In this document: positions 18,547 through 27,023 of the stretch, piece after piece
How positions within the stretch are numbered: the first letter of the stretch is position 1
Layout: each line of letters starts with the position of its first letter
Assembly (NCBI GenBank): GCA_018267365.1
Contig: JAFDYQ010000009.1
Coordinates: 64,863-128,862 of the forward strand
DNA: 64,000 nucleotides
From: Bacteroidota bacterium
Lineage (GTDB): Bacteria; Bacteroidota; Bacteroidia; Chitinophagales; LD1
Direction of reading: 5' to 3'
Made by a program: the position numbers and the translations under genes
The notes under the pieces: generated by a model
What the model saw: the letters and a program-made list of their open reading frames with translations, nothing else
Told to the model about the DNA's origin: nothing
Database searches by the model: none

Positions 18547-19161
18547 TTATGAAAGCTCTATAGTGTGGCGACCCAGTTTTAGCAGACCCTTCTGCTCCAT
18601 AGTGCGTAGCAGGCGGCTGATGGCCTCGCGGTGTGTATGCAACTCATCTGCTATCTCCTGATGCGTGATATAGAGCGCCTTCGTATTGAGCGCTTTGGCA
18701 CGCTCACGCAGATAGTGCAGGAGCTGCTTGTCCATATTGTTAAACGCGATCAGGTCTATGACCGATAGCAGCTCCGAAAAGCGATTGCCATATGTATTAT
18801 TGATAAACTGACGCCACTCCGGATAGCGCGACCACTCATCTATCATCTGCACCGGTACTAGCAGGATGTCTGTCTCATCTTCGGCTACAGCCCGCACAGG
18901 ACTCTTGCGGCCAGCCTGGCAGCAGTTGAGCGCCATGGCGCAGGTCTCGCCGGGGTAGAGGTGGTAGAGGAACACTTCATTGCCGTCTTCATTCTGACGC
19001 ATGATTCTTATGGCGCCTTTGGTCACGATAGGTACAAAGTGTATGTCATCTCCGGGAGACATCATGGCCTGGTCTTTCTCCAGATGCCGAGGGCGGCAGT
19101 ATTTGGCTATCTCCTCGTTGAGGCGTAGATCTTTGAAAAGTGATGGGGCTGTCTCTGTCAT
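18547..19161 (-). CDS. Crp/Fnr family transcriptional regulator
   Basis: N-terminal cNMP-binding-like beta-barrel plus a C-terminal HTH (THQEIADELHTHREAISRLLRTMEQKGLL). Confidence 0.8.
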   Translation of the reverse strand: MTETAPSLFKDLRLNEEIAKYCRPRHLEKDQAMMSPGDDIHFVPIVTKGAIRIMRQNEDGNEVFLYHLYPGETCAMALNCCQAGRKSPVRAVAEDETDILLVPVQMIDEWSRYPEWRQFINNTYGNRFSELLSVIDLIAFNNMDKQLLHYLRERAKALNTKALYITHQEIADELHTHREAISRLLRTMEQKGLLKLGRHTIELS

Positions 19162-19244
19162 GATTGGCTAAATTACACAAAATAAGAGGCTAGCGGGCGG
19201 CCTGCTTTTCAGTACCTTTTTTTTGTATTAAAGTTGCACCTCAT

Positions 19245-19943
19245 ATGGCGGGAGGACGCAAAAACAAGAGAAAGAAAATAGCCGAGGTCAATACACTGCC
19301 CAATGTATTTCAATGCCCGGAGTACCATGAGACCCAGCTCAACGATGCTGCGGGCAACAAGCTGGACCTGAAGAGCAAATGGAATGAAATGGTCTTTAAA
19401 AACAACAATCCGATCACGCTGGAGCTGGCCTGTGGCAAGGGAGACTACACCGTGGCCCTCGCTGCTCGCTATCCGGAGCGCAACTTTATAGGAGTGGACA
19501 TCAAAGGGCCCCGCATCCATGCCGGTGCCAAGCATGCTGTGGAGCAGGGGCTGCACAATGTAGCCTTTGCGCGTATCAAGATCCAGAATATCCTCAACTT
19601 CTTTGGCTCCGGAGAGATAGATGAGATATGGATCACTTTTCCGGATCCGTACCCCAAGGACCGCCATGAGAAGCATCGCCTCACGTACAAAGACTTCCTG
19701 GCCAAGTACCAGCGAATATTAAAGGCCGGAGGTGTAGTCAATTTTAAGATGGATGATATGGATATGTTCCATTACACACGTGATAGCGCATTGGCCTTTG
19801 GCTGCGAAATGCTCTACTATCAGGAGGATATCTACAGCGCTCCGCTGGAGCGGGAGGAGCTATCTATCAAGACCTTCTACGAGAAACAACATATAGCAGA
19901 TGGCAGAAAAATCAACTATCTGCGTTTTCGGTTTAAGCAGTAG
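19245..19943 (+). CDS. trmB: tRNA (guanine-N7)-methyltransferase
   Basis: LELACGKGDYTVALA SAM-binding motif and FPDPYPK motif; 232 aa. Confidence 0.85.
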   Translation: MAGGRKNKRKKIAEVNTLPNVFQCPEYHETQLNDAAGNKLDLKSKWNEMVFKNNNPITLELACGKGDYTVALAARYPERNFIGVDIKGPRIHAGAKHAVEQGLHNVAFARIKIQNILNFFGSGEIDEIWITFPDPYPKDRHEKHRLTYKDFLAKYQRILKAGGVVNFKMDDMDMFHYTRDSALAFGCEMLYYQEDIYSAPLEREELSIKTFYEKQHIADGRKINYLRFRFKQ

Positions 19944-19987
19944 ATTTGAGCAGGCACATTGCCGAAATCGAAGACCCTACATCTGAA

Positions 19988-20365
19988 ATGGCGAAAGCTC
20001 CCGATAAACCTAAGGAGGTCCAATACTCCCCTGAGTCATACTCTTTCTTTGAGAATGTATGGGAGGTGGCACGACTGGTGCCGAGAGGACGTGTGACATC
20101 CTATGGCGCTATAGCCCGCTACCTGGGTACAGGCCGCTCTGCTCGCATGGTAGGCTGGGCTATGAACGCTGTAGACAAATCTAAACTCAAAGTACCTGCC
20201 CATCGCGTGGTAAACTCGCAAGGGCTTCTTACCGGCAAGCACCACTTCAAAACACCGGACCTGATGCAGGAGCTGCTGGAGAAAGAAAAAGTCAAGGTGA
20301 AAAATGATCAAGTAGTAGATTTCAAAAAGCTCTTTTGGGATCCCATGAAGGAACTAGAGCTATGA
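19988..20365 (+). CDS. MGMT-family alkyltransferase-like (ATL) DNA-binding protein lacking the acceptor Cys
   Basis: ORF 19946 (TTG)..20365; the first ATG is at 19988. YGAIARYLG...ARMVGWAM HTH region. The active-site motif reads PAHRV (20195..20209) instead of PCHRV. Confidence 0.75.
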   Translation: MAKAPDKPKEVQYSPESYSFFENVWEVARLVPRGRVTSYGAIARYLGTGRSARMVGWAMNAVDKSKLKVPAHRVVNSQGLLTGKHHFKTPDLMQELLEKEKVKVKNDQVVDFKKLFWDPMKELEL

Positions 20366-20455
20366 GATATAGTACTGATTTTCAATATATTTATCAGTCA
20401 AAGCAAATAAAATATCATTCAAAATTCGGTTAATCACATTGACCGACAATTAGTT

Positions 20456-20488
20456 ATCGTTCGTTTACACAAAACAATCGTTCGTTTA
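20456..20488 (+). promoter_or_regulatory. direct repeat ATCGTTCGTTTA x2 with 21-bp register upstream of the large T9SS gene
   Basis: Identical 12-mers at 20456..20467 and 20477..20488, lying 39-71 nt upstream of the ATG at 20527. Confidence 0.4.
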
Positions 20489-20526
20489 TAGATTTTTCTC
20501 ATTTTTGCTGTAAACAAACAGGCAAA

Positions 20527-23500
20527 ATGAAGAAACAACTATTCTCCCTGCTCACATGCACAGGCCTGGCGCTATGCTCTCTGGCTCAGACGACAGTGCC
20601 CAATGGTGAGTATGAAAACTGGCAGAATGTAGGCCAATCTACCGAAGAACCTACCAACTGGAACTCCAATAAGACTGGTGGTGGATTCGCTACCAGCGGC
20701 CCCCAGACGTGCTTTCGCGATACCAGCACACTCAATGGCGGCTCCTACTGTATGAAGATCAAGACCGGATCATACTTCGGGATCGTGGTCAATGGCTCAG
20801 GCTCTACCGGTAAAATAGAAGCTCCGTCTACCAGCAAGTCTGAAGGCTATATCCATACTATAGCAGGGGACCCTAATTACTCTTCAACCTTCATCGGACG
20901 GCCGGATAGTATCGCCTTCTGGTATCGCTATACCAAGGCCGGTAGCGACTATCCTAAAATCGAGACCCGTCTGCATGTAGGCAATGCCTATGCTCCCGAG
21001 GCTCCCGTAAATGGCAATCACCCTGACAGTACCGTCAATATTATAGCACGCGCCCTCTGGAATGGTCCGGCCAACTCGGTAGCCAACTGGACGAGGATAT
21101 CTGTTCCCTTCAACTATGTAGATGGGCGCACGCCACGGTACATACTGGTCACTATGACCAGCACGGGAGACCAGACAGGTGGCACATCCGGCTCTACACT
21201 TTGGGTAGATGGTATGACCGCTATCTACAATCCGACCCTCACTACATCCACTACTATTGCTACGGGGCCATATTATGTATCATCATCTCAGGGTGCTACG
21301 ATCTCTGTACCTTTTACCATGACAGGTACATTCTCTGCCGGCAATACGGTGACAGCACAGCTATCTGACGCCAGTGGCTCTTTTGCCAGCCCGGTGACCA
21401 TCGGCTCTGCTACAGCTACTGCATCTGGTACTATCACTGCCACCATACCTGCTGGCACAGCTACCGGCACAGGCTACCGGGTACGTGTAGTGTCCAGCTC
21501 TCCGTCTATCACCGCAGCCAATAACGGCAGCAACATCACCATCTACCTCGCAGGAAACAGCATAGCACCATCCAGCGCGCAGACTATCGCAGCCAATACC
21601 AATGGCACCCCACTCATCGTGACAGAGACACCGGCTGCTACCTCCCGCGAGTGGAAGTATGCCACCATATCCGGCGGCCCATACAGCAGCTTCAGTACGC
21701 CCCCGACAGGCATTACCTATACACCAAACTTTGCCACAGCAGGCACCTACTATGTGGTATGTATCTCTACCTACCCGGGCAGCCTTAGTACCACCAGCGC
21801 AGAGGTGGTGGTCAATGTAGTAAGCAACGAGATCACGCCGTCTACCTCACAGAGCCTCCTGATAGGCGTATCCGGCAATAGCCTCACGGTGACAGAAGCA
21901 CCAGCCGCTACTTCGCGCGAGTGGAAATATGCTACTACTGCCGGTGGGCCTTACAGCAGTTTTAGTACCGTGCAGACAGGCACTTCTTATACGCCGGTAT
22001 TCAATACATCCGGCACCTACTATATAGTATGCCAGTCTGTGATCAGCGGTGTGACCGCTACGAGCAATGAGGTGATCATATCAGTAGGCAATGCCACTAT
22101 CTCTACCTCCGCCGTGAGTGGTTCGCCATTCCTCTTCAGCCCGCATGCTCCGGACGCATCTGTGAGTGTCCCATATACCACAAGCGGTACTTTCAATAAT
22201 GGCAATGTCTTCACAGCCCAGCTATCAGATGCTTCAGGCTCCTTTGCGACACCTACTAGTATAGGTACACGTACAGCTACTACTGCGGGTACTATCTCTG
22301 CTTCGATCCCGCATACTACACCCGCGGGTTCTGCCTACCGTATCCGAGTAGTATCATCTAACCCCGCTATACTCGGCAGCGACAATGGAACCGACCTGAC
22401 CGTAGACCAGTTTCACAACTCTGTTTCTCCCACCTCCAGCCAGACTATGCAGATCAACACTGCCGGCACCGCGATGACTGTCACAGCCTCTCAGTCCAGC
22501 ACACAAGTATGGGAGTACAGCACGACAAGTGGTTCGGGTTATTCTATGTTTACGCCTGATCAGACAGGTAGCAGTTATACGCCACAATTTGCCATACCGG
22601 GCACTTATTATGTCGTATCAAAGTCCATCAATCAATACAATGATACAGTGACCAGCGGCGAAGTGATGATCACTGCTACTAATGGTACTACGCTGACCAC
22701 GTCTGTAGTAGCCGGATCGCCTTTCCTGATTTCACCCAAGGCACAGGTCATGGTGACTGTAAACTATACCTCCGATGCCGTATTCAATGCCGGCAATACT
22801 TTCACTGCGCAGCTCTCTGATGCCACCGGTAGCTTTGCCAATGCCGTAAACATAGGTCAGGTAGCGAGCACCACTCCTGCTGCCATCTCTGCCCAGATAC
22901 CAAACTCATCTCTGGCTGGCACCGGCTACCGCATCCGCGTAGTATCTACTGATCCGGTGCTGACCGGTACTGACAATGGCACCGACCTGCAGATTGTACC
23001 ATTTGAAGTATCCTTATCCTCGCTGGCACCGCAGCATGTGTATACACACTATGACGGTACGCCGATCAGCATTGCAGAGACACATCCTGCTACGCGTGAG
23101 TGGGCGTACAATTTTAACGGCTCACAAAACTATATTTCGTTTAGTCCCCAAGATACAAGTAGCGTGTATACACCTCACTTTGATCAGGCCGGCACATACT
23201 ATGTAGAGTGTACATCCGTAAACGGGTGGAACGACAGTATCCGTACTGTGGCTATTGTGATCACCGTGACCGACTCTGTCAATATAGGTATACATGACCT
23301 GGCCTCTGCAGATGCGCGCCTGTACTATGCGGGTGGCCGCCTGGTAGTAGATATGGCCCGCTCACAGCTGACGGCTACCAGCATAGAGCTGATAGCTATG
23401 ACTGGCCAGACCATACTCACCGCAGCGGTACGCAGCAGAGAGGTCACCAGCATACCGGCAGATCTGCCGGAGGGTATTTACATATTCCGACTCGCTACAG

Positions 23501-23535
23501 ACCGCGGCCTGATATCAGGCAAAATAGTGAAGTAA
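20527..23535 (+). CDS. large modular secreted protein with a T9SS C-terminal sorting domain (adhesin/glycan-binding-like)
   Basis: Signal peptide, then an N-terminal PCMD-like domain (GEYENWQN...EPTNWNS...LWVDGM). Three A modules (FTAQLSDAxGSF...YRIRVVS) alternate with four B modules (TSREWKYAT..GGPYSSFS...GTYYVVC). C-terminal tail LPEGIYIFRLATDRGLISGKIVK. Confidence 0.8.
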   Translation: MKKQLFSLLTCTGLALCSLAQTTVPNGEYENWQNVGQSTEEPTNWNSNKTGGGFATSGPQTCFRDTSTLNGGSYCMKIKTGSYFGIVVNGSGSTGKIEAPSTSKSEGYIHTIAGDPNYSSTFIGRPDSIAFWYRYTKAGSDYPKIETRLHVGNAYAPEAPVNGNHPDSTVNIIARALWNGPANSVANWTRISVPFNYVDGRTPRYILVTMTSTGDQTGGTSGSTLWVDGMTAIYNPTLTTSTTIATGPYYVSSSQGATISVPFTMTGTFSAGNTVTAQLSDASGSFASPVTIGSATATASGTITATIPAGTATGTGYRVRVVSSSPSITAANNGSNITIYLAGNSIAPSSAQTIAANTNGTPLIVTETPAATSREWKYATISGGPYSSFSTPPTGITYTPNFATAGTYYVVCISTYPGSLSTTSAEVVVNVVSNEITPSTSQSLLIGVSGNSLTVTEAPAATSREWKYATTAGGPYSSFSTVQTGTSYTPVFNTSGTYYIVCQSVISGVTATSNEVIISVGNATISTSAVSGSPFLFSPHAPDASVSVPYTTSGTFNNGNVFTAQLSDASGSFATPTSIGTRTATTAGTISASIPHTTPAGSAYRIRVVSSNPAILGSDNGTDLTVDQFHNSVSPTSSQTMQINTAGTAMTVTASQSSTQVWEYSTTSGSGYSMFTPDQTGSSYTPQFAIPGTYYVVSKSINQYNDTVTSGEVMITATNGTTLTTSVVAGSPFLISPKAQVMVTVNYTSDAVFNAGNTFTAQLSDATGSFANAVNIGQVASTTPAAISAQIPNSSLAGTGYRIRVVSTDPVLTGTDNGTDLQIVPFEVSLSSLAPQHVYTHYDGTPISIAETHPATREWAYNFNGSQNYISFSPQDTSSVYTPHFDQAGTYYVECTSVNGWNDSIRTVAIVITVTDSVNIGIHDLASADARLYYAGGRLVVDMARSQLTATSIELIAMTGQTILTAAVRSREVTSIPADLPEGIYIFRLATDRGLISGKIVK
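21238..23271 (+). repeat. intragenic tandem module repeats (order A-B-B-A-B-A-B, about 270-320 nt each)
   Basis: Approximate module boundaries from the protein. A modules: 21238-21546, 22090-22410, 22681-22998. B modules: 21547-21822, 21823-22086, 22411-22680, 23001-23271. B1 and B2 are clearly alignable by eye at the DNA level. Confidence 0.75.
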
Positions 23536-23560
23536 TAAAGTTGATTGGTTTGTTTATAGT

Positions 23561-23596
23561 GCCCCGGTGCGCCCACCTGCGCCGGGGCTTTTTTAT
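23561..23596 (+). terminator. rho-independent terminator
   Basis: GCCCCGGTGCG-CCCACC-TGCGCCGGGGC stem-loop followed by TTTTTT, 26 nt after the stop at 23535. Confidence 0.8.
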
Positions 23597-23609
23597 GACC
23601 ACCGGCTAA

Positions 23610-24494
23610 TCACTCAAGTATTTCACTTACCACCTTGCCCTGCCAGCAGTCAGGCACTTTCGCATTCAGCATTTTGGCTATTGTCACGGGTAGGTCGTAG
23701 TTATTGACCGGTGCCGTGATGTGGTGTCCCTTCTTGATACCTGCACCTGACAGTACGAAAGGAACATTGACCTCCTGTGGTGTATTGCCTCCATGGTTTT
23801 TGCCTATACCTCCATGGTCAGCTATGATCACAAAAACTGTACTCTCCAGCATGCCTGCTTTTTTCACAGCAGCTATATACTTGCCTATAGATTTGTCTAC
23901 TCGGGCTACGGCATCGTAGTACTCTGTAGTGCCGTGTCCATACTTATGTCCGGTCTCATCTACATCATTGAAATGGATGAAGAGAAACTCCGGCTTGCGT
24001 ACACTGATCACCGTAGGTACTCTGACATCAGTGACCGGCTCCCAGATGGTACGCTGGCGTATAGAGCATACGTGATCCTCCACCAGCCGGCGGAAACTCC
24101 ACCACTCCATGATACAGGCTATCTGTGCCTTCTTATTACTCTCTCTCAGTACCCGAAAGATGGTAGGGAAAACGTGGCCCTTCTTGCCACCACAATAGGA
24201 TATGTCCTTGATCTGCGACCGCTGCCATTTATTGCTCCAGATACCGTGTACCGATGGTGGTACACCGTCTATGATAGAGGCCCAGTTGGTAGAGCTGCTG
24301 GTGGGCATCTGAGCCTTGGCCTCCCAGGTCCAGCTGCCATGCGCTACGAGGCTGTCGATATTGGGTGTGTGGGCTTTGGCTATACCATCCGGACTGCATC
24401 CATCTATCCCAAAGACCACCACGTGCTTGATCGTTTGACTGAATGCGGGAGAAAATACGGAAAGCGCCAGAGAGAAAAGGATGAGCTTTTTCAT
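23610..24494 (-). CDS. alkaline-phosphatase superfamily enzyme (nucleotide pyrophosphatase/phosphodiesterase type), secreted
   Basis: ORF 23610..24524; likely start is ATG 24494 (MKKLILFSLALSVFSPAFSQ). VFGIDGCSPDG, HFNDVDETGHKYGHG and IIADHGG metal-site motifs. Confidence 0.75.
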   Translation of the reverse strand: MKKLILFSLALSVFSPAFSQTIKHVVVFGIDGCSPDGIAKAHTPNIDSLVAHGSWTWEAKAQMPTSSSTNWASIIDGVPPSVHGIWSNKWQRSQIKDISYCGGKKGHVFPTIFRVLRESNKKAQIACIMEWWSFRRLVEDHVCSIRQRTIWEPVTDVRVPTVISVRKPEFLFIHFNDVDETGHKYGHGTTEYYDAVARVDKSIGKYIAAVKKAGMLESTVFVIIADHGGIGKNHGGNTPQEVNVPFVLSGAGIKKGHHITAPVNNYDLPVTIAKMLNAKVPDCWQGKVVSEILE

Positions 24495-24559
24495 ACGGTG
24501 AATATATAATGGAGGCAGCAGCACAAAATCAAATTCAGTTCAACTGGTCATTATTGCCG

Positions 24560-25441
24560 TCAGAAGGGGTGGACCACCCGTTTGTCTTTTTCATTGGTGA
24601 TCCGGTTTTTCCGGTTTTCAAAGACGAAGGCGAAACCGATATTGAAGCCAACACCAGAAAACGGGGCTGAGTATTTCAGGCTTTTGCGGGGCGCACCGGA
24701 ATACTGCGGGGTGCTACTATTGATGTCTGTGACATAATCGCCTTTGACATCAGACACTGCTAACTGTGATAGTTGATCACGCCCATTTGCCAAAAAGGAA
24801 GTACGCTCCCAGTGTGTAGGGCTGTATGAAGAAACAATGCAGTGGGCTGCCAGTGAAAACCTGACTACCCGCGACACCTTGATCCATACACCAAGGGAGG
24901 AGTAAAACCCGAATGTCGCTCCACCTCTTTCCCAGATCGTAGATTTGACCTGATTGGACCCATTGTAATAGCCTTCGTAGTCTTCTTTTATTCCGTTCAC
25001 GCCTATCATCATCCCGATTTCCAGCACAGGGCATACTTTTTTGAAGTCGTGCCGCGCACTGAAATGCGGTATAAACTGGCCTGAAATTCCCCGCTGAGCT
25101 ACAGTATACTGGATATGATCTCCGGCACTGGTGGTTTGATCCCCATGGACGACAAATGGTGCTCCGAAAAAAGCATTGAGTTTTACGCCAAAGCCAATAT
25201 CCTTTTTGGAAAACCAGTCATAGGCGAGAGACACATTTCCGCCCTGACCGAGCGAGACGGCTTTGACACTCTGGGCTGTAGTGGTGTATGACTGACCAGA
25301 CTGCTGCACCTGCGTCTCGGCAGATGTAGTATAGCTGCGTGCGATGGGTGCATCGCCGCCGCCGGCAAAGGAAAACACCGAAGATTGACCATAAATATAC
25401 GTACCAGCAATAAAGAAAAGTGGAAATAGTAGTGCTTTCAT
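24560..25441 (-). CDS. hypothetical outer-membrane beta-barrel-like protein
   Basis: Signal peptide, alternating aromatic/Gly-rich strands, and a C-terminal Phe. Starts 11 nt after the upstream ORF (probable operon). Confidence 0.5.
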   Translation of the reverse strand: MKALLFPLFFIAGTYIYGQSSVFSFAGGGDAPIARSYTTSAETQVQQSGQSYTTTAQSVKAVSLGQGGNVSLAYDWFSKKDIGFGVKLNAFFGAPFVVHGDQTTSAGDHIQYTVAQRGISGQFIPHFSARHDFKKVCPVLEIGMMIGVNGIKEDYEGYYNGSNQVKSTIWERGGATFGFYSSLGVWIKVSRVVRFSLAAHCIVSSYSPTHWERTSFLANGRDQLSQLAVSDVKGDYVTDINSSTPQYSGAPRKSLKYSAPFSGVGFNIGFAFVFENRKNRITNEKDKRVVHPF

Positions 25442-25452
25442 ATTTGTTGTGC

Positions 25453-26910
25453 CTATTTAAAACCTCTTATGAAAAAATTTTTTTCGTCGTAACTATAGTA
25501 CCCCAGATAAAATTTGTCACCTTGCCGAAACCTGCAGATATAATACCGCTCCATATCGTGCAGACTGTCAAAGTAGCTCATGTTTAGTTTTTGATAATTA
25601 TCTGCGATAACACCAGGCTTAGATTTTTTAAATGACGTAATATCTACACGGCTCACAAAGTAGTAGTGCTTTCGCAGTTGTATATCTTCATCCCTGGCGG
25701 TCTGCCGGGGCCATAGCATCGGTCCGCCGAATGATCCGCCCATAGGGGCCGCCATCATCACACCTCCGCCTGGAGACATCACCACACCTCCCCCTGACCT
25801 CTCCAGGCGACCTAGCCCTGCTACATAGATATCCATACCATCTCCGGTAATATCTGTGGCCACTGACAAAATGGGTAGAGTAAAGAGATGTGAGACAAAC
25901 TTATCGCGATTTGTCACCGTATCTTGCGTCAGGGTCTGTAGATTTTCATATAGCAGTGGTCCGGACACGAGAGAGTCCCACAGGTTGCCATTGGATGACC
26001 AGACCACTATATATTTTTGTTGAAAAATGTCATATACACCTACATTGATCGTATGAGAATAAACAAAAACGGTGGTCAGGAGGTGCCCTCTGAGAAAAGC
26101 ATTGCCATCGGCCTGATCGTCTACCTGAACCTTACCGACCAGATTAGGGACCAGCAAATTAGTAAATGTATGATGTGGCAGGTCCAATAGTATCAGTTGT
26201 GTACTATCTAGGCGCACACTGAGCGAGATCGCTACTGTATCCTGACCGTAGTATAGTTTGGCGTATGAAGTGGTATTGACATCTGATACATATTCATCTG
26301 CTGCTATGGTGGTCAGTGGGTAGGAGGAGAGGGTGCTGTACAGCGTGGTCTGCTCATATCTTTTGAAGCGTACATCATCCAGTTCAAAATTATACTTCTG
26401 AGCGGGGCCGGCAGAGTCTATGGATAGTATAGACAGCAGTGATGTTTTCCGTTTGACAGCCAGCATCATGATCTCATTTTTTCGCGGATACCAGCCAAAG
26501 TAGTCATAATCATCAGTGTCAAAGTTGACACCCTTCCGCACCTCACCGCTCTGTATGTGGTACCTGATTGTTGAGAAGTGCTCGTGACTTTTATCACTCA
26601 TGAGTATTGTGACATAGGGACCAGTCTCCGCTGCAGCCAGAGGCTCTGCTACATTGAGCACCTGATCGAGATCATACCGTACAGTGCGAATGCTATGAAA
26701 GGTGCTATCCAGGTGCACTATGACCAGATCACTTTTGTCGCGCAGCAAAATGTATTTGGCACAAGTGCCGCTGAAGCTGAAAAAAGGTGCCTTATTAGCC
26801 TTGATCTCCAGGGGTATCTCAGAGATGACTCCGGCACCTGCACGGGCGGCAGAGAGAGCGAGCAAAAAAATAGAGATGAGGACCGGTCCTCTGTAAAGCA
26901 TCGTGATCAT
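25453..26910 (-). CDS. hypothetical exported protein with a Gly/Met-rich insert
   Basis: ORF 25453..27009; the start is more plausibly ATG 26910 or 26901 (MITMLYRGPVLISIFLLALSAARAGAG). No recognised domain. Low-complexity stretch GGGVVMSPGGGVMMAAPMGGSFGGPM. Confidence 0.5.
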   Translation of the reverse strand: MITMLYRGPVLISIFLLALSAARAGAGVISEIPLEIKANKAPFFSFSGTCAKYILLRDKSDLVIVHLDSTFHSIRTVRYDLDQVLNVAEPLAAAETGPYVTILMSDKSHEHFSTIRYHIQSGEVRKGVNFDTDDYDYFGWYPRKNEIMMLAVKRKTSLLSILSIDSAGPAQKYNFELDDVRFKRYEQTTLYSTLSSYPLTTIAADEYVSDVNTTSYAKLYYGQDTVAISLSVRLDSTQLILLDLPHHTFTNLLVPNLVGKVQVDDQADGNAFLRGHLLTTVFVYSHTINVGVYDIFQQKYIVVWSSNGNLWDSLVSGPLLYENLQTLTQDTVTNRDKFVSHLFTLPILSVATDITGDGMDIYVAGLGRLERSGGGVVMSPGGGVMMAAPMGGSFGGPMLWPRQTARDEDIQLRKHYYFVSRVDITSFKKSKPGVIADNYQKLNMSYFDSLHDMERYYICRFRQGDKFYLGYYSYDEKNFFIRGFK

Positions 26911-27023
26911 AGTCGGAGCAAGAATAATGAATTTAACAAAGGCTTCATGACTTGCCGGCCAGCTTTTTTTAATCTTATGTTTTTGAGATATTTGCGGCTC
27001 ATTTTCCAAGAATACATCCTGCT

